From the NCBI GenBank assembly GCA_963718525.1, contig OY970355.1, positions 1,600,001 through 1,664,000 on the forward strand: DNA of 64,000 bases, read 5' to 3'. The DNA comes from Candidatus Dormiibacterota bacterium. GTDB taxonomy: Bacteria; Chloroflexota; Dormibacteria; Aeolococcales; Aeolococcaceae. This document shows positions 9,858-20,706 of the stretch, piece after piece (the stretch's first letter is position 1; each line of letters begins with the position of its first letter). The position numbers and the translations under genes are program-made. Below the pieces are notes generated by a model that was not told where the DNA came from, did no database searches, and saw nothing but the letters and a program-made list of their open reading frames with translations.

Positions 9858-9928
9858 TATCACCGACGCAGAGGTCCGCCGCGACACCGGGGTGGCTCCA
9901 GCCGCTCGCGGCTATCCTTTGCCTCGTG

Positions 9929-10579
9929 ATGGCAACCCTGCTCTCTGTCAACACCGGCCGGCTGGCGGGCAGCAGGCACACCAACTCCGGGGTCACAGGG
10001 ATCGACAAACGGCCCTCGCCCGAGCCCGTCATGCTCCATGACCCCGGGCCGGGAACCGGCCGCAGCGGTGCAGCCGGCGACGCCATCGGTGATCCGCGAT
10101 CTCATGGCGGGACGGATCAGGCGGTGTATGCCTATGCACGAGAGGACCTCGACGTCTGGCAGGCGGACCTCGGACGTCCACTCGGCAACGGTGTGTTCGG
10201 TGAGAACCTGACCACCGCCGGGCTCGACGTCACCGGAGCCCTGGTCGGTGAGCGGTGGCAGGTCGGCCAAGTTTGCGTGCTCGAGGTCACCGCGCCACGC
10301 ATCCCGTGCCGCACCTTCGCCGGCTGGCTCGAGGAACGGCTGTGGGTCAAGCGCTTCACCCAGCGTGGCGTGCCCGGCGCCTACCTCCGAGTGATCACAC
10401 CGGGGTCGGTGAGCGCCGGCGACGCGATCACGGTGCTGCACCGGCCGCCGCACGAGGTGACCATCGGGTTGATGTTCCGAGCGATGACGACCGACAAGGC
10501 GCTGCTGCCTCAGCTCGCGGCGGCGGGCGACGCGCTCCACGAATCCGTTCGGCGTCTCGTCATCCCCAACGGGGGATAG
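9929..10579 (+). CDS. MOSC-domain protein (YiiM-like)
   Basis: HGGTDQAVYAY, FGENLTT, PRIPC, GAYLRVITPG. Confidence 0.92.
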   Translation: MATLLSVNTGRLAGSRHTNSGVTGIDKRPSPEPVMLHDPGPGTGRSGAAGDAIGDPRSHGGTDQAVYAYAREDLDVWQADLGRPLGNGVFGENLTTAGLDVTGALVGERWQVGQVCVLEVTAPRIPCRTFAGWLEERLWVKRFTQRGVPGAYLRVITPGSVSAGDAITVLHRPPHEVTIGLMFRAMTTDKALLPQLAAAGDALHESVRRLVIPNGG

Positions 10580-10675
10580 TTCGGCCCGCGCCCAGGGTCA
10601 TGCGCTCAGCGCCGCGTTGTTACTCGAGGTCCGAAAAACAGGCAGAAGTGGGGATACGATTCGGGTCGCCCCTTC

Positions 10676-11686
10676 ATGCTCAGACTGCCCCCATACGCCC
10701 GACTCGGTCTGGTCGCCCTGGTGGCCGCCGTCGCATTCGGCACGCTGGCGACAGCGTCGCATCTGCCCATCGCCACAGCCGGCGTCGCGGCGGCTGCTCG
10801 ACCAGCTGCCCAGACACCCGCGGCCCCGTGGTTCGACATGCGCATCGCGAGCGCTGGGATCAACTTCTGGGCGCCTGCGAGCACGCCCGCGGGCACACCG
10901 CCGGTCAAGGGGCGCGCTGGAATCCTGGTCGACATGGACACGGGCGAGATCCTCTGGGAGAAGCAGCCGACCCTCGAGCTGGCACCCGCGAGCCTGACCA
11001 AAGTGCTGACCGCGCTCGTTGCTCTCGAGAACCTCAGTCCCGACCAGCGGGTGACCGTCACCGCCGCCGCGCTTGGTCAGTCGTCAGCGGACACGCTGAT
11101 GCACATCAGGGCGGGGGAGACGCTGACTGTTGAAGAGCTGCTCGACGGCATGCTGCTTGCGAGCGGTGACGACGCCGCGAGCGCGATCGCGGTGGACACG
11201 GTCGGAATGTCGCGCTTCGTTGCCGCGATGAATGCGCAGGTCGCTGCGCTCGGCCTCGACCACTCGCACTTCACCGCCACCGCCGGGCTCGACGATCCGG
11301 GGCTCTACGCGTCCGCTTACGACCTTGCGGTCATCGCGGAGTACACCTACGAGCAGTTCCCCCTGTTCGACCAGATCGTCGGCAGCCGGACGATCAACTT
11401 GCCCGCCAGCATCGACCACCCGGCGTTTCACCTGCACAACCTCAACTCCCTGCTGCAGGCCTACCCGGCGTCGGTCGGCATCAAGCCCGGCTGGACCGGC
11501 GATGCCGGCGCCTGCCTCATCGGCATGGCAGTCCGCAACGGCCACCACCTGCTTGCTGTGCTTCTGAGCGCCAACTACCCGGCGCGCATCGCAGGCCGGC
11601 TCTTCGACTGGGGGTTCCAGCTCGACGGTCTGGCTCCCTTGCTGCCACCGACCCCGGCTCCGAAGGCAGTGATCAAAGCTACTTGA
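10676..11686 (+). CDS. D-alanyl-D-alanine carboxypeptidase (peptidase S11)
   Basis: signal peptide; PASLTK, SGDD and IKPGWT as variant SxxK/SxN/KTG motifs. Confidence 0.88.
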   Translation: MLRLPPYARLGLVALVAAVAFGTLATASHLPIATAGVAAAARPAAQTPAAPWFDMRIASAGINFWAPASTPAGTPPVKGRAGILVDMDTGEILWEKQPTLELAPASLTKVLTALVALENLSPDQRVTVTAAALGQSSADTLMHIRAGETLTVEELLDGMLLASGDDAASAIAVDTVGMSRFVAAMNAQVAALGLDHSHFTATAGLDDPGLYASAYDLAVIAEYTYEQFPLFDQIVGSRTINLPASIDHPAFHLHNLNSLLQAYPASVGIKPGWTGDAGACLIGMAVRNGHHLLAVLLSANYPARIAGRLFDWGFQLDGLAPLLPPTPAPKAVIKAT

Positions 11687-13820
11687 CGACGGCGAAGCCC
11701 GCGGCCATGGTGCCATCCCAAGGCGCCGAGGCGATCAGGCGCAGGTTGGGAAGGCGGGCGATGCAGCTCACGTTCCATGGAAACAGGGGCGAGGCGTCCC
11801 GCAGCGATCCGACGAATACCGCGTCTGCGCGGGTGACGGCTGCCTCCGCGGCTGCGGGATCGGTGCACGCATTCGCGAGCGCGGCCTCATAGGGGACGTC
11901 CAGCGCACCGAACGAATAGCCGTCGGGAACGAGGGGGGTGAGGTCGGTCAAGCCTGCCATCCACATGCCCGCATCATTGCCGCCATTGGTCAGGACGAGC
12001 GTCCCCTTGGGGAGTGTTTTGGACATGGATGACAGCACGCTCAGATCGGCCGGCGTCACCAGCGAACGTGTTGCCACCTCGTGCTTGTAAACGCCGACCT
12101 CGGTGGTCGCGCCAACCACGACCGCGACCAGCGCAATCATCCCCAGGACAGCGCCGGTGCCGTCAAGCTTCTGCGCCACGCCGCCGAACTTCGCTCGAAT
12201 GGTGGCAGGAACGGTGACGCGACCCAACGCGCCCATCCACGCGACAACCAGCAGAATCGCGGTGACTCCCACCGCCGGAACCCACTGGCGAAAGTTGGCC
12301 ATCTGATTGAACACTCCCAGCGGGTAGAGGACGACAGAGTTCGGCTCCCAGAAGTTGGTCCAGCCGGTTTCGAGCGGACGGCGGATGACGTAGACCAGCG
12401 CGGCGATCACCACTGCGCCGATCGAAACGCCGACCCAGATGCGGCGTGTCCGCGACAGCGACCGCACCACGTCGGCGAGTGCGAACAACCCAAATGCAAG
12501 CACCAGCGGTATGAGCCAGTACTGCACACCAAGAACCCGGTCCGTGTCACCCCAGGGATAGATCGCAACCCAGAGGCGATGCAGGTAGTGCAGGTAGAGG
12601 TCGTCGGCCATGATGAGAAAGAGCAGCACCTGTGCGACGAGCACCCAGAGCATCCTCCGACGGATGAGCATCGCGACAACCCCGACGCCATACAGCGCGA
12701 GAAACACAGGCCCGAGGAGGTCGGTTTGTGCGATGAGCACCAGGATGTGATGGGGCTTCAGCGGCGAATGGGCGGTCGCAACGACGTACTGCGCCGGCTG
12801 GGTGTGCGTAGCGGGTGGGAGCTTGGGAATCCGCGTCAGGACGGTCACGACCACGGCCCCCGCAAGCGCGGCGCCGAGTGCGATCGCGAGCCGGATGAAA
12901 CCCGTCCGTTGCGAACCTCGAACCGCGTGGACCACAGCTATCGCAAGCAACCCGCATGCGACCACCAGAGCGGTGACCACCTCCAGCCCATGGATCACCC
13001 AGATTGACGTCGTGATCGCTCCAAGCAGGAGCGCGTTCTCCGTGGTACTTCGCCCGCGTATGACGCGCAGTGCCGCGACGATGAACGGAACGATGAGAGT
13101 CGAGTCGACGATCTCGGGAAAGCGTCCGATGATCGCCTGACCCGAGGGGAAGATCAGTCCGAGCGCGAAGAACGGAACGATCGCTGCGAGCGCCACCAAC
13201 TCGGTGGCCTCCAGCGTGAGCAGGGTGAGCGACAGTGGGAGGACGACGAGGGTCGCGGTGACGATCGGCGCCATGGCACCGGCGGGCGACGGCGACCCGA
13301 GCCACGAGACAACCGCCGCCGTCGCCTCGAAGCCGGGCCGCGCTCGCACGTAATCGGACCCTTCGAGTGGGATCGGAAACAGCGGCAGCACATCATGCGT
13401 TCGCACGATGCTGTTGACGACAGCCGCGTGGGTCGGGGTATCCCAGTCGGGCGGCAGGACCTGTCCGTGCAACGCCCAGGCGAAGGTCGCGGCACCAATC
13501 ACACCGACGGCGAGCGCTGGGATGGGGAGCCACCACGGGTGGGCCGGCGCGGCCTGTGGTTCGGTGCGCCGCCAGCGCCACAGAGCGGCGATGCCGAGCA
13601 CCAGCAACGCCGGCAGGACGCTGATGGCCTCGAAGGGGATGTGCACGTCGTGCAACACCAATCCGTACACGCCGATGACGCCCGCGGACAGTCCCGGGGC
13701 CATGAGCAGTCGCTGCCATGCCCGCCATGTCGGAGCAAGCAGCGTGACGAGCGCGAAGCCGGGGAGGAAAGCAACGGCCACCACCCCTGGCAGGGTTTGC
13801 GCGAAGTCCTGGAACGGCAA
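11679..13820 (-). CDS. polytopic membrane protein, DUF6541/GT-C-like
   Basis: many TM segments; PPDWDTPTH acidic loop after the N-terminal TMs; C-terminal extracellular domain (LVLTNGGNDAGMWM); follows the sugar transferase. Confidence 0.65.
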   Translation of the reverse strand: MPFQDFAQTLPGVVAVAFLPGFALVTLLAPTWRAWQRLLMAPGLSAGVIGVYGLVLHDVHIPFEAISVLPALLVLGIAALWRWRRTEPQAAPAHPWWLPIPALAVGVIGAATFAWALHGQVLPPDWDTPTHAAVVNSIVRTHDVLPLFPIPLEGSDYVRARPGFEATAAVVSWLGSPSPAGAMAPIVTATLVVLPLSLTLLTLEATELVALAAIVPFFALGLIFPSGQAIIGRFPEIVDSTLIVPFIVAALRVIRGRSTTENALLLGAITTSIWVIHGLEVVTALVVACGLLAIAVVHAVRGSQRTGFIRLAIALGAALAGAVVVTVLTRIPKLPPATHTQPAQYVVATAHSPLKPHHILVLIAQTDLLGPVFLALYGVGVVAMLIRRRMLWVLVAQVLLFLIMADDLYLHYLHRLWVAIYPWGDTDRVLGVQYWLIPLVLAFGLFALADVVRSLSRTRRIWVGVSIGAVVIAALVYVIRRPLETGWTNFWEPNSVVLYPLGVFNQMANFRQWVPAVGVTAILLVVAWMGALGRVTVPATIRAKFGGVAQKLDGTGAVLGMIALVAVVVGATTEVGVYKHEVATRSLVTPADLSVLSSMSKTLPKGTLVLTNGGNDAGMWMAGLTDLTPLVPDGYSFGALDVPYEAALANACTDPAAAEAAVTRADAVFVGSLRDASPLFPWNVSCIARLPNLRLIASAPWDGTMAAGFAVVK

Positions 13821-13832
13821 GCTTGATCGAGC

Positions 13833-15209
13833 TCAGCGGCCCTTGAGCGTGGCCACTGCAAAGACCGTGCGCGCCATGATGAGAAGGTCGAGAGCAACCG
13901 ACTGTCGCTTGATGTAGTAAAGGTCGTACGAGAGCTTGATCGTGGATCCGCCAACATCGCCGGCATAGCCGTAGTTCACCTGCGCCCACCCTGTCAGGCC
14001 GGGACGCACCGACAGCCTCGTGTTGTAGTACGGGATGCTCTCGCGCAGCGTCTCGACGTACTGAGGTTGCTCGGGACGGGGACCCACCACGCTCATGTCG
14101 CCACGAAGGATGTTCCACGCCTGTGGCATCTCATCGAGATGCAGGCGGCGGAGCACCCCGCCGACCTTGGTGATGCGCGCATCATCTGCGGCGGTCCAGT
14201 GCAACTCCTCGCGAGTAGGAACGCGCATCGTTCGCAGTTTGACGATCTCGAAATGCCTGCCGAAATGGCCGACCCGGACCTGGCGGTGAAAGACCGGCCC
14301 GCGGTCCTCCATCGTGATCGCCAGCCAGACAAACGGCAGCAGGATCCCGAGCAGCACCAATCCGATCAGACCGGCGACGATGTCCACGACCCGCTTGAAA
14401 AGTGCGTACACGCGTGAGGTTTCCCCGCGCTGCTGCAACGAGAGCAGCCATGTCTGGCGGAGTCGCTCGACGAGGAGCCGACCCGTCAACTCCTCATACA
14501 CGTCCGCGACCGATCGCACCACCATTCCCCGGTCGTAGCACTCGACGAGCCCCTTGAAGAGGTCCGTGGGGAGGTCCTCCTCGGCTCCGAGCACGATCTG
14601 ATCCGCTGCGCGTCGCGCCGCCGCCGTGGCCAGCAGCGTGCCTGCGTCCGGGTCGGCCGGATGGATGGTCCCGACCACGCGGTACAGCCCGGCCATCTGC
14701 GCGTCGACATCCGCCCAGACACGATCGAGGATGTCTGCGTCGGCGACAAGGAGGATGCGCCCGGCAAAGATTGCTCGAGCGAACACGCGCCGGTAGAAGA
14801 GCCGCCAGCAGAGGATCGTGAGGGCGGCGACCGGAACCCAGATCAGGATCGTCGGGCGGGTCACCCCATAGGGCACTGCGAAGAACACCGCGAGCAGAGC
14901 AATCGTCTCGAGCGTCACGGTGGTTGCGACGACCCGGAAGATGCCGCGTACGCTGACGGCCGCGTGCAGATCGTAGGCATCGACCATCAGGGCGGCTGCG
15001 AGCCAGATCCCCGTGACGGTCCCGACCCCGGCCCAGGGAATGGTCAGGGCGGCGTGCTGGATCGGCCCCGAGTGGAGGTTGAAGGCGAGAATCAGCGACG
15101 CCGCGACCAAAATGGAGTCGCCCGCTGCAAGGAGCAACTTCCGTTCAGAAGCGAGGATTCCCCGCCGGCCGGCCGCAACTGTGGCGCCCGGAACGTCCTG
15201 GGCGATCAT
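13833..15209 (-). CDS. polyprenyl glycosylphosphotransferase (WcaJ/WbaP-like initiating sugar transferase)
   Basis: FKRVVDI, KLRTM, D.RITKVG..LRRLHLDEMPQ, GDMSVVGPRPE, RPGLTGWAQV, DLYYI. Confidence 0.95.
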   Translation of the reverse strand: MIAQDVPGATVAAGRRGILASERKLLLAAGDSILVAASLILAFNLHSGPIQHAALTIPWAGVGTVTGIWLAAALMVDAYDLHAAVSVRGIFRVVATTVTLETIALLAVFFAVPYGVTRPTILIWVPVAALTILCWRLFYRRVFARAIFAGRILLVADADILDRVWADVDAQMAGLYRVVGTIHPADPDAGTLLATAAARRAADQIVLGAEEDLPTDLFKGLVECYDRGMVVRSVADVYEELTGRLLVERLRQTWLLSLQQRGETSRVYALFKRVVDIVAGLIGLVLLGILLPFVWLAITMEDRGPVFHRQVRVGHFGRHFEIVKLRTMRVPTREELHWTAADDARITKVGGVLRRLHLDEMPQAWNILRGDMSVVGPRPEQPQYVETLRESIPYYNTRLSVRPGLTGWAQVNYGYAGDVGGSTIKLSYDLYYIKRQSVALDLLIMARTVFAVATLKGR

Positions 15210-15278
15210 CGAAGCTAGCCTACACGCTGAAGCTCCGCTCAACACCGGCGGACGAGACGGTACCGTGCCGGAGACACG

Positions 15279-16340
15279 ATGACTCCCACGAGTGCGCCGC
15301 CCGTGCCCGACGCCCCCTTCGTGAGCGTGGTCCTCCCGGTTCTCAACGAGGAGCGCTTCATCGAGGCGTGTCTGACCTCGGTGCTCACCCAGGACTATCC
15401 GCCCGATCGGTACGAGGTGATCGTCGCGGATGGTGGTTCGACTGATCGAACTCGAGAGATCGTTGCCGCCATCGCTGCACGAGACGCTCGGGTGCGCCTC
15501 ATCGACAATCCGGGCCGGATGCAAGCCGCGGGGTTGAACCGAGCCATCGCAGCGAGCAGCGGCGACATCATCGCGCGTCAGGACGGTCACGCCGAATGGG
15601 CCTCTGATCACCTGCGCCGATCGGTGGCACTGCTGCTCGCGACCGGCGCCGACAACGTGGGCGGGCGCCAGGAAGCGATCGGCGACGGGGCGTCCGAACG
15701 TGCAATCGCACACGCGATGGGCTCGCCATTCGGCGTCGGCGGCGCTCGCTTCCGGTACTCGGAGGAGGAGGAGGAGATGCCGACCGTCTTCCTCGGCACG
15801 TTCCGCCGCAGTGCCTTCGAGCGAGTCGGTCTCTTTGACGAGGCGTACCCGCCGCACGAGGATTACGAGCTCAACGAACGCATCCGGTCGACGGGTGGTC
15901 GGATCATCTTCAGCCCGGAGATCCGAACTCGGTACCACGTACGCAGCGGGCTCACGGCCCTGGGCCGCCAGTACTACCGGTACGGGCGCGGCAAGGTGCG
16001 GGTGGCTCGCGCAAGCCCGGGCGTCATCCGTCCGTATCACCTGGCGGCACCGGCGCTGGTCCTGGCGATCCCGGTCATGGCCGCAATGGCGGTGACCGGT
16101 CAGGGTCGCCGTCTCGCCATCACGGGGGTCGGGGTCTACGCCACCGCCTGTGTGATCGCCGGCCAGCTGGCGGCTCGAACCGAGCCCCTCGGAGTACGCG
16201 CACGCACGTCCGCTGCCTTCGCGGTGATGCACGTCGGATGGGGATCGGGGTTCTGGGCGGGCGTCCTGGAGGGTGCCGCCGGCATTGCAACCGGTGGAGG
16301 CGCGCCGCCGAGCCTCGGCAGTCGCTCGGAAACGGCATAG
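15279..16340 (+). CDS. glycosyltransferase family 2 (ExoA-like)
   Basis: VSVVLPVLNEE, ADGGSTDRT, RQDGH, EDYELNER; C-terminal TMs. Confidence 0.92.
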   Translation: MTPTSAPPVPDAPFVSVVLPVLNEERFIEACLTSVLTQDYPPDRYEVIVADGGSTDRTREIVAAIAARDARVRLIDNPGRMQAAGLNRAIAASSGDIIARQDGHAEWASDHLRRSVALLLATGADNVGGRQEAIGDGASERAIAHAMGSPFGVGGARFRYSEEEEEMPTVFLGTFRRSAFERVGLFDEAYPPHEDYELNERIRSTGGRIIFSPEIRTRYHVRSGLTALGRQYYRYGRGKVRVARASPGVIRPYHLAAPALVLAIPVMAAMAVTGQGRRLAITGVGVYATACVIAGQLAARTEPLGVRARTSAAFAVMHVGWGSGFWAGVLEGAAGIATGGGAPPSLGSRSETA

Positions 16341-16372
16341 GCCGGCGCCGCGACCCCGTATTGTTGGAGGCG

Positions 16373-17770
16373 ATGGCACCCAGCACCACGGCGTGGACGA
16401 CGGATCGACCAAACCCGCTCTGCATGGTGGGTGCCGGCTACGTCGGTCTCGTCACCGCCGCATGCCTGGCCGACGCCGGCGTCGACGTCAGGCTGCTGGA
16501 TATCGATGCCGCCCGGCTCGACATGCTCCGGAAGGGGAGGGCACCGATCCACGAGCCGATGCTCGACGAACTCCTCATGGAGGTCCTCGGAAACGGCAGG
16601 TTGGAGCTCCATCAGGATGCCGCGGTTGCCATGGACGGGGCTCAGATCATCATGCTCGCGGTCGGAACCCCGCCCCTGAGTGACGGCCGCGCGGACCTGA
16701 CCCAGGTGCGCGCGGCGTTGAGTCAGGCGGTGCAGCACGCCGGCCCCGAGACGGTGATCGTGATCAAGAGCACGGTCCCGCCGGGCACCACGGCCTCGCT
16801 CCGAGCCCTCTGCCGCCGCAATGGGCGGAGCGTGCCCCTGGCGGTGTGCCCTGAGTTCCTCGCCGAGGGCAGCGCAGTGCGCGACTTCCGCCAGCCTCCG
16901 CAGGTGGTGATCGGTGGTGACGATCACGACGCCTGCGAGCGCGTGGCGCGGCTCTTCGGCCATCTTGATGCCCCCATCCGGATCACCGACTCGACGAGCG
17001 CCGAGCTCATCAAATACGGGGTCAACGCATTCCTCGCTTTGAAGATCTCGTTCATCAACGAGATGGCGCAGCTCTGCGAGTTCACCGGCGCCGACGTCAG
17101 CTCGGTGGCGGACGGGATCGGCACCGACGAGCGCATCGGGCGTGCCTTCCTGGGCGCCGGCCTCGGTTTTGGGGGCTCGTGCTTCCCCAAGGACGTCCGC
17201 GCCCTCGACCAGGCGGCAAGCTATCACGGGCAGAACTTCCAGCTGCTCCGCGCCGCGGTCGAGGTCAATCAGCAGGCGCGAAGCCGCTTCGTGGCCAAGA
17301 TCCAGCGCGCGCTCAACGGCAAGCTCGCCAAACGCCGGATCGCAGTGCTCGGGCTGTCCTTCAAGCCCGGAACGGACGACGTCCGCCAGGCCGCCTCGAT
17401 CGACGTCATCCGCCATCTCGAGGACCTCGGCGCGTCGGTGGTGGCGAGCGACCCGGTGGCCATGGACAACGCGCGGCCGCTGCTCCCGCGTACCGAGCTG
17501 GTCGATGACCTCTATGCCTGCGTCACCGGGGCAGACGCGGTGGTTGTGGTGACCGAGTGGCCGGAGTACGTCGGCCTTGACTGGGGCCGGGCGGCATCCC
17601 TCGTGCGGCGCCGGCTGGTCGTCGACGGCCGGAATTGCCTGCCTGTGGATCAGCTGGTCGACCTCGGCTTCACCTACATCGGCGTCGGCCGGCCAATCCG
17701 TAAGCCGCGGGCGGTCCGGACCTCGAAGCCGGGTGCGACGCCCGAGGCGGAGCTCGTCGCCGTTCCATGA
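16373..17770 (+). CDS. ugd: UDP-glucose 6-dehydrogenase
   Basis: [41 protein letters not shown]. Confidence 0.95.
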   Translation: MAPSTTAWTTDRPNPLCMVGAGYVGLVTAACLADAGVDVRLLDIDAARLDMLRKGRAPIHEPMLDELLMEVLGNGRLELHQDAAVAMDGAQIIMLAVGTPPLSDGRADLTQVRAALSQAVQHAGPETVIVIKSTVPPGTTASLRALCRRNGRSVPLAVCPEFLAEGSAVRDFRQPPQVVIGGDDHDACERVARLFGHLDAPIRITDSTSAELIKYGVNAFLALKISFINEMAQLCEFTGADVSSVADGIGTDERIGRAFLGAGLGFGGSCFPKDVRALDQAASYHGQNFQLLRAAVEVNQQARSRFVAKIQRALNGKLAKRRIAVLGLSFKPGTDDVRQAASIDVIRHLEDLGASVVASDPVAMDNARPLLPRTELVDDLYACVTGADAVVVVTEWPEYVGLDWGRAASLVRRRLVVDGRNCLPVDQLVDLGFTYIGVGRPIRKPRAVRTSKPGATPEAELVAVP

Positions 17771-18720
17771 CCTGGGCCCCATCGCGTGTCGTCGTGACCG
17801 GCGGCGCGGGATTCCTCGGGTCGCACCTCGTCGACCGGCTGCTCGCCGCCGGCGCAGAGGTGATCTGTGTCGACAACCTGATCACCGGGAGCAGGCGCAA
17901 CAACAGTCATCTCGTGGGAGATCCGCGCTTCTCGTTTCACGCCGAGGACGTCTCCGGCAGCTGGAGCGTCGACGGTCCGGTCGACGCGGTCCTCCATTTC
18001 GCCTCGCTTGCATCTCCCGTCGATTACCTGCGCCATCCCCTGGAAACGCTGGAGGTGGGCACGCTCGGGACGCTGAACGCGCTTCGCATCGCCCAGGACA
18101 AGGGAGCTCGGTTCCTGCTCGCATCCACCAGCGAGGTGTATGGCGACCCCCTCGTCCATCCCCAGCCCGAGACGTACTGGGGCAACGTCAACCCGGTGGG
18201 TCCGCGCAGCGTCTACGACGAGTCGAAGCGCGCTGCCGAAGCGTTTGCGATGGCATTCAGCCGTGCGCGCGGCGTCGAGGTACGCATCGCGCGCATCTTC
18301 AACACCTTTGGTCCACGAATGCGGGAGCAGGACGGTCGCGCCGTCCCGCAATTCGTGACGCAGGCGCTTGCGGGCACGCCGATCACGGTGTACGGCGATG
18401 GTTCGCAGACACGAAGCCTGTGTTACGTCGACGACCTGATGGAGGGGTTGATGCGCCTCCTCGGCTCGGACTACCCGATGCCGGTCAACCTGGGCAATCC
18501 CCACGAGGTCACCATGCTCGAGCTCGCCGAGCTGGTGCGGGAGATATGCTCGAGCAAGTCGGTCATCGAGCTGCAGCCCCTGCCTGTGGACGATCCCAAA
18601 CGACGCTGCCCCGACGTGACGGTGGCTCGGCGTGAGCTTGACTGGCAGGCGGCCGTCTCGCTCGACGACGGCCTGCGTCGCACGGTGTCGTGGTGGTGCG
18701 GCGAGCGCGTCCCCGACTGA
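17767..18720 (+). CDS. UDP-glucuronate decarboxylase (UDP-xylose synthase)
   Basis: [51 protein letters not shown]. Confidence 0.93.
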   Translation: MTWAPSRVVVTGGAGFLGSHLVDRLLAAGAEVICVDNLITGSRRNNSHLVGDPRFSFHAEDVSGSWSVDGPVDAVLHFASLASPVDYLRHPLETLEVGTLGTLNALRIAQDKGARFLLASTSEVYGDPLVHPQPETYWGNVNPVGPRSVYDESKRAAEAFAMAFSRARGVEVRIARIFNTFGPRMREQDGRAVPQFVTQALAGTPITVYGDGSQTRSLCYVDDLMEGLMRLLGSDYPMPVNLGNPHEVTMLELAELVREICSSKSVIELQPLPVDDPKRRCPDVTVARRELDWQAAVSLDDGLRRTVSWWCGERVPD

Positions 18721-18723
18721 AGG

Positions 18724-19386
18724 TCACGATGCTGCGGATGCCGCGTCGGGCGCAGGCTTCCGAGCGACGGTTACGGTGTCGAATGCGATGGTCAGGGGGT
18801 ATCCGATCGTCGCCTTGACCCGGTTGAGCGCACGCCCCCGCGGGCCTCGCCCGGCGTCATATGACTTGCCCGGGTACCACGCGCGCGGTCGTGGTTCAAG
18901 GCTGTCGAAGAGCGACAGCTCGACGACGAGCCCCACGTCCTCGCAGAGCGCGCGCATGCCATCCGGGTAGATGCGCCAGCAGTCGATCGGCGCCTCGTGG
19001 TACGGCCAGCTCACCGGGTTGACCGTCAACACCAGGCCGCCCGGCTTGCAAACGCGTGCCAGCTCGCGAACCCAGCGCCATGGCTTGCGGACGTGCTCGA
19101 TCACCTGTCCGGAGACGACGATGTCGAAGGTCGCGTCGGCCGCCTCGATCTCGTACTCGGACGTCATCCGGTAGGTCAGCTGGTTGCCGCTCCCGGTTCC
19201 CCACAGGCGTCCGCCGTGTGCGTCGACCTCGGTTGCCAGGTCGGCGGTCGACCAGGTCACCGGCACAGTGACCTCGCGTTGATACGTCGAGGGGTCGCCA
19301 TCCGGGCCAAGTTCGAGCACATGGCTGCCTGAGGTGAACAGTGGCAGCAGGTGCCGGCGGAATATGAGCACGCTGTTCAGGTGCAT
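18724..19386 (-). CDS. class I SAM-dependent methyltransferase
   Basis: VLELGP, FDIVVSGQVIEHV, KPGG, YHEAPIDCWR. Confidence 0.85.
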   Translation of the reverse strand: MHLNSVLIFRRHLLPLFTSGSHVLELGPDGDPSTYQREVTVPVTWSTADLATEVDAHGGRLWGTGSGNQLTYRMTSEYEIEAADATFDIVVSGQVIEHVRKPWRWVRELARVCKPGGLVLTVNPVSWPYHEAPIDCWRIYPDGMRALCEDVGLVVELSLFDSLEPRPRAWYPGKSYDAGRGPRGRALNRVKATIGYPLTIAFDTVTVARKPAPDAASAAS

Positions 19387-20684
19387 GCGCGATGTGCTCC
19401 GGGACCCGGCCCTGCGTCGCGGCCACGGACGGCACGGGATCCTCGACGACGCCGGCGCTCGAGCAGTGACGCGTACAGGCGCCGGTACGCGTCGACGAAC
19501 CGTTGGGGTGTGTACGTCGCCTCATATCGAGCGCGTCCGGCTTTGCCCATCGCGGCGCGCTCATGCGCGTCACCAAGCACATGCGCGAGCGCTTCGGCGA
19601 GAGCTGCAGAGTTGCCGGGGGGAACCAGGCGGCCCGTCTCCCCGTCGACGACCTGCTCGGGAATGCCCGCCACGCTGCTTGCCACGACGGGACGTCCGGC
19701 GGCCATCGCATCCAGGATGACGATGGGCATGTCCTCGTGACTGATGGAAGGAAGCACGATGACGTCAGCGGCGTCATACAGCGACCAGCGATCATCGCGT
19801 TGACCGAGAAACTGCACGCTGCCGGTGAGCCCCGTCGCCGCTCTCTGCGCTTCCAGCGCAGCCTGTTCAGGGCCGGTGCCGGCCACCAGGACGGACACGT
19901 GATCACGGATGTGTTGCGGAAGCTGCGTCACGGCATCAAGCAGGTAGGTGAGCCCCTTTCGCTTCTCGAGCCGTGCCATCACCAGCACGATCAGGCGGTC
20001 GCTCGAGAGTCCCAGGTCGTTTCGGGTGCGCTCACGAGTTGCGGTGGCCACGCCTGACTCGGTGGCGTTGGGGATCACCGTGTGCCGGCTGTCGGCGAGT
20101 TGCAGCACGGAGGCGAGGGCGCTCGACGCGACCGTCGATGCCGTTACGAACGCGTCGACCGAGCGTACCACCAGCCGGTCGACGGGGTAGTCGAGCACGC
20201 GACTCGGCCGGTTGTACGGGATCGCGATGTTGTTCACCACGTACACAACCACTGGAACGCGAGCGGCCCGAGCCGCAATTGCGGCGGCACTGCACGAGAT
20301 CGCTCCGGGATATCCACCATTGTTGATGTGAACAACATCGGGCTTCTCGTTGCGAAACGCCGCGTACATGCGGCCGATGTCCCAGGCCATGCACAGCTGC
20401 CTGAGCGGCAGCAGTGACACGCCGCCGCGAAGCGCCCTGGCAACTCGGGCAGAGCGGCCGCGAGACAGCGCCTGCTTCAGGTCGGCTGGATCCGGAAGCC
20501 GAAGCCGTGTGGCTCTGATGCCGGATATCGCCTGGGCGTGCAGGCCGGCCTCGTACTCTGACCCGGCTCGATACGTGAAGATCGGCTCAACATCGCCACC
20601 TTCGAAAGCGGCTTTGAGGTGGACGAGCAGCGCGATCTCGCTGCCCCCGAACCAGTAGCAATCAGTGTGGTAGTGAACGCGCAT
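19377..20684 (-). CDS. glycosyltransferase family 4
   Basis: GGSE, ARLEKRKG, EDMPIVILDAMAAGRPVV, GIPEQVVDGETG. Confidence 0.92.
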   Translation of the reverse strand: MRVHYHTDCYWFGGSEIALLVHLKAAFEGGDVEPIFTYRAGSEYEAGLHAQAISGIRATRLRLPDPADLKQALSRGRSARVARALRGGVSLLPLRQLCMAWDIGRMYAAFRNEKPDVVHINNGGYPGAISCSAAAIAARAARVPVVVYVVNNIAIPYNRPSRVLDYPVDRLVVRSVDAFVTASTVASSALASVLQLADSRHTVIPNATESGVATATRERTRNDLGLSSDRLIVLVMARLEKRKGLTYLLDAVTQLPQHIRDHVSVLVAGTGPEQAALEAQRAATGLTGSVQFLGQRDDRWSLYDAADVIVLPSISHEDMPIVILDAMAAGRPVVASSVAGIPEQVVDGETGRLVPPGNSAALAEALAHVLGDAHERAAMGKAGRARYEATYTPQRFVDAYRRLYASLLERRRRRGSRAVRGRDAGPGPGAHRACT

Positions 20685-20706
20685 CACGCCTAGGTTGCCT
20701 CTCGGA

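Noticed and set aside
8754-9887. Apparent 377-aa ClpP
   Set aside because: The upstream part overlaps the XRE gene; ClpP starts at MTLVPTVVE (9410) after a GGAGG SD
13833-16412. Apparent 859-aa sugar transferase fusion
   Set aside because: The N-terminal 400 aa are antisense to the GT2 gene; the real start is at 15209, with a leaderless-type -10
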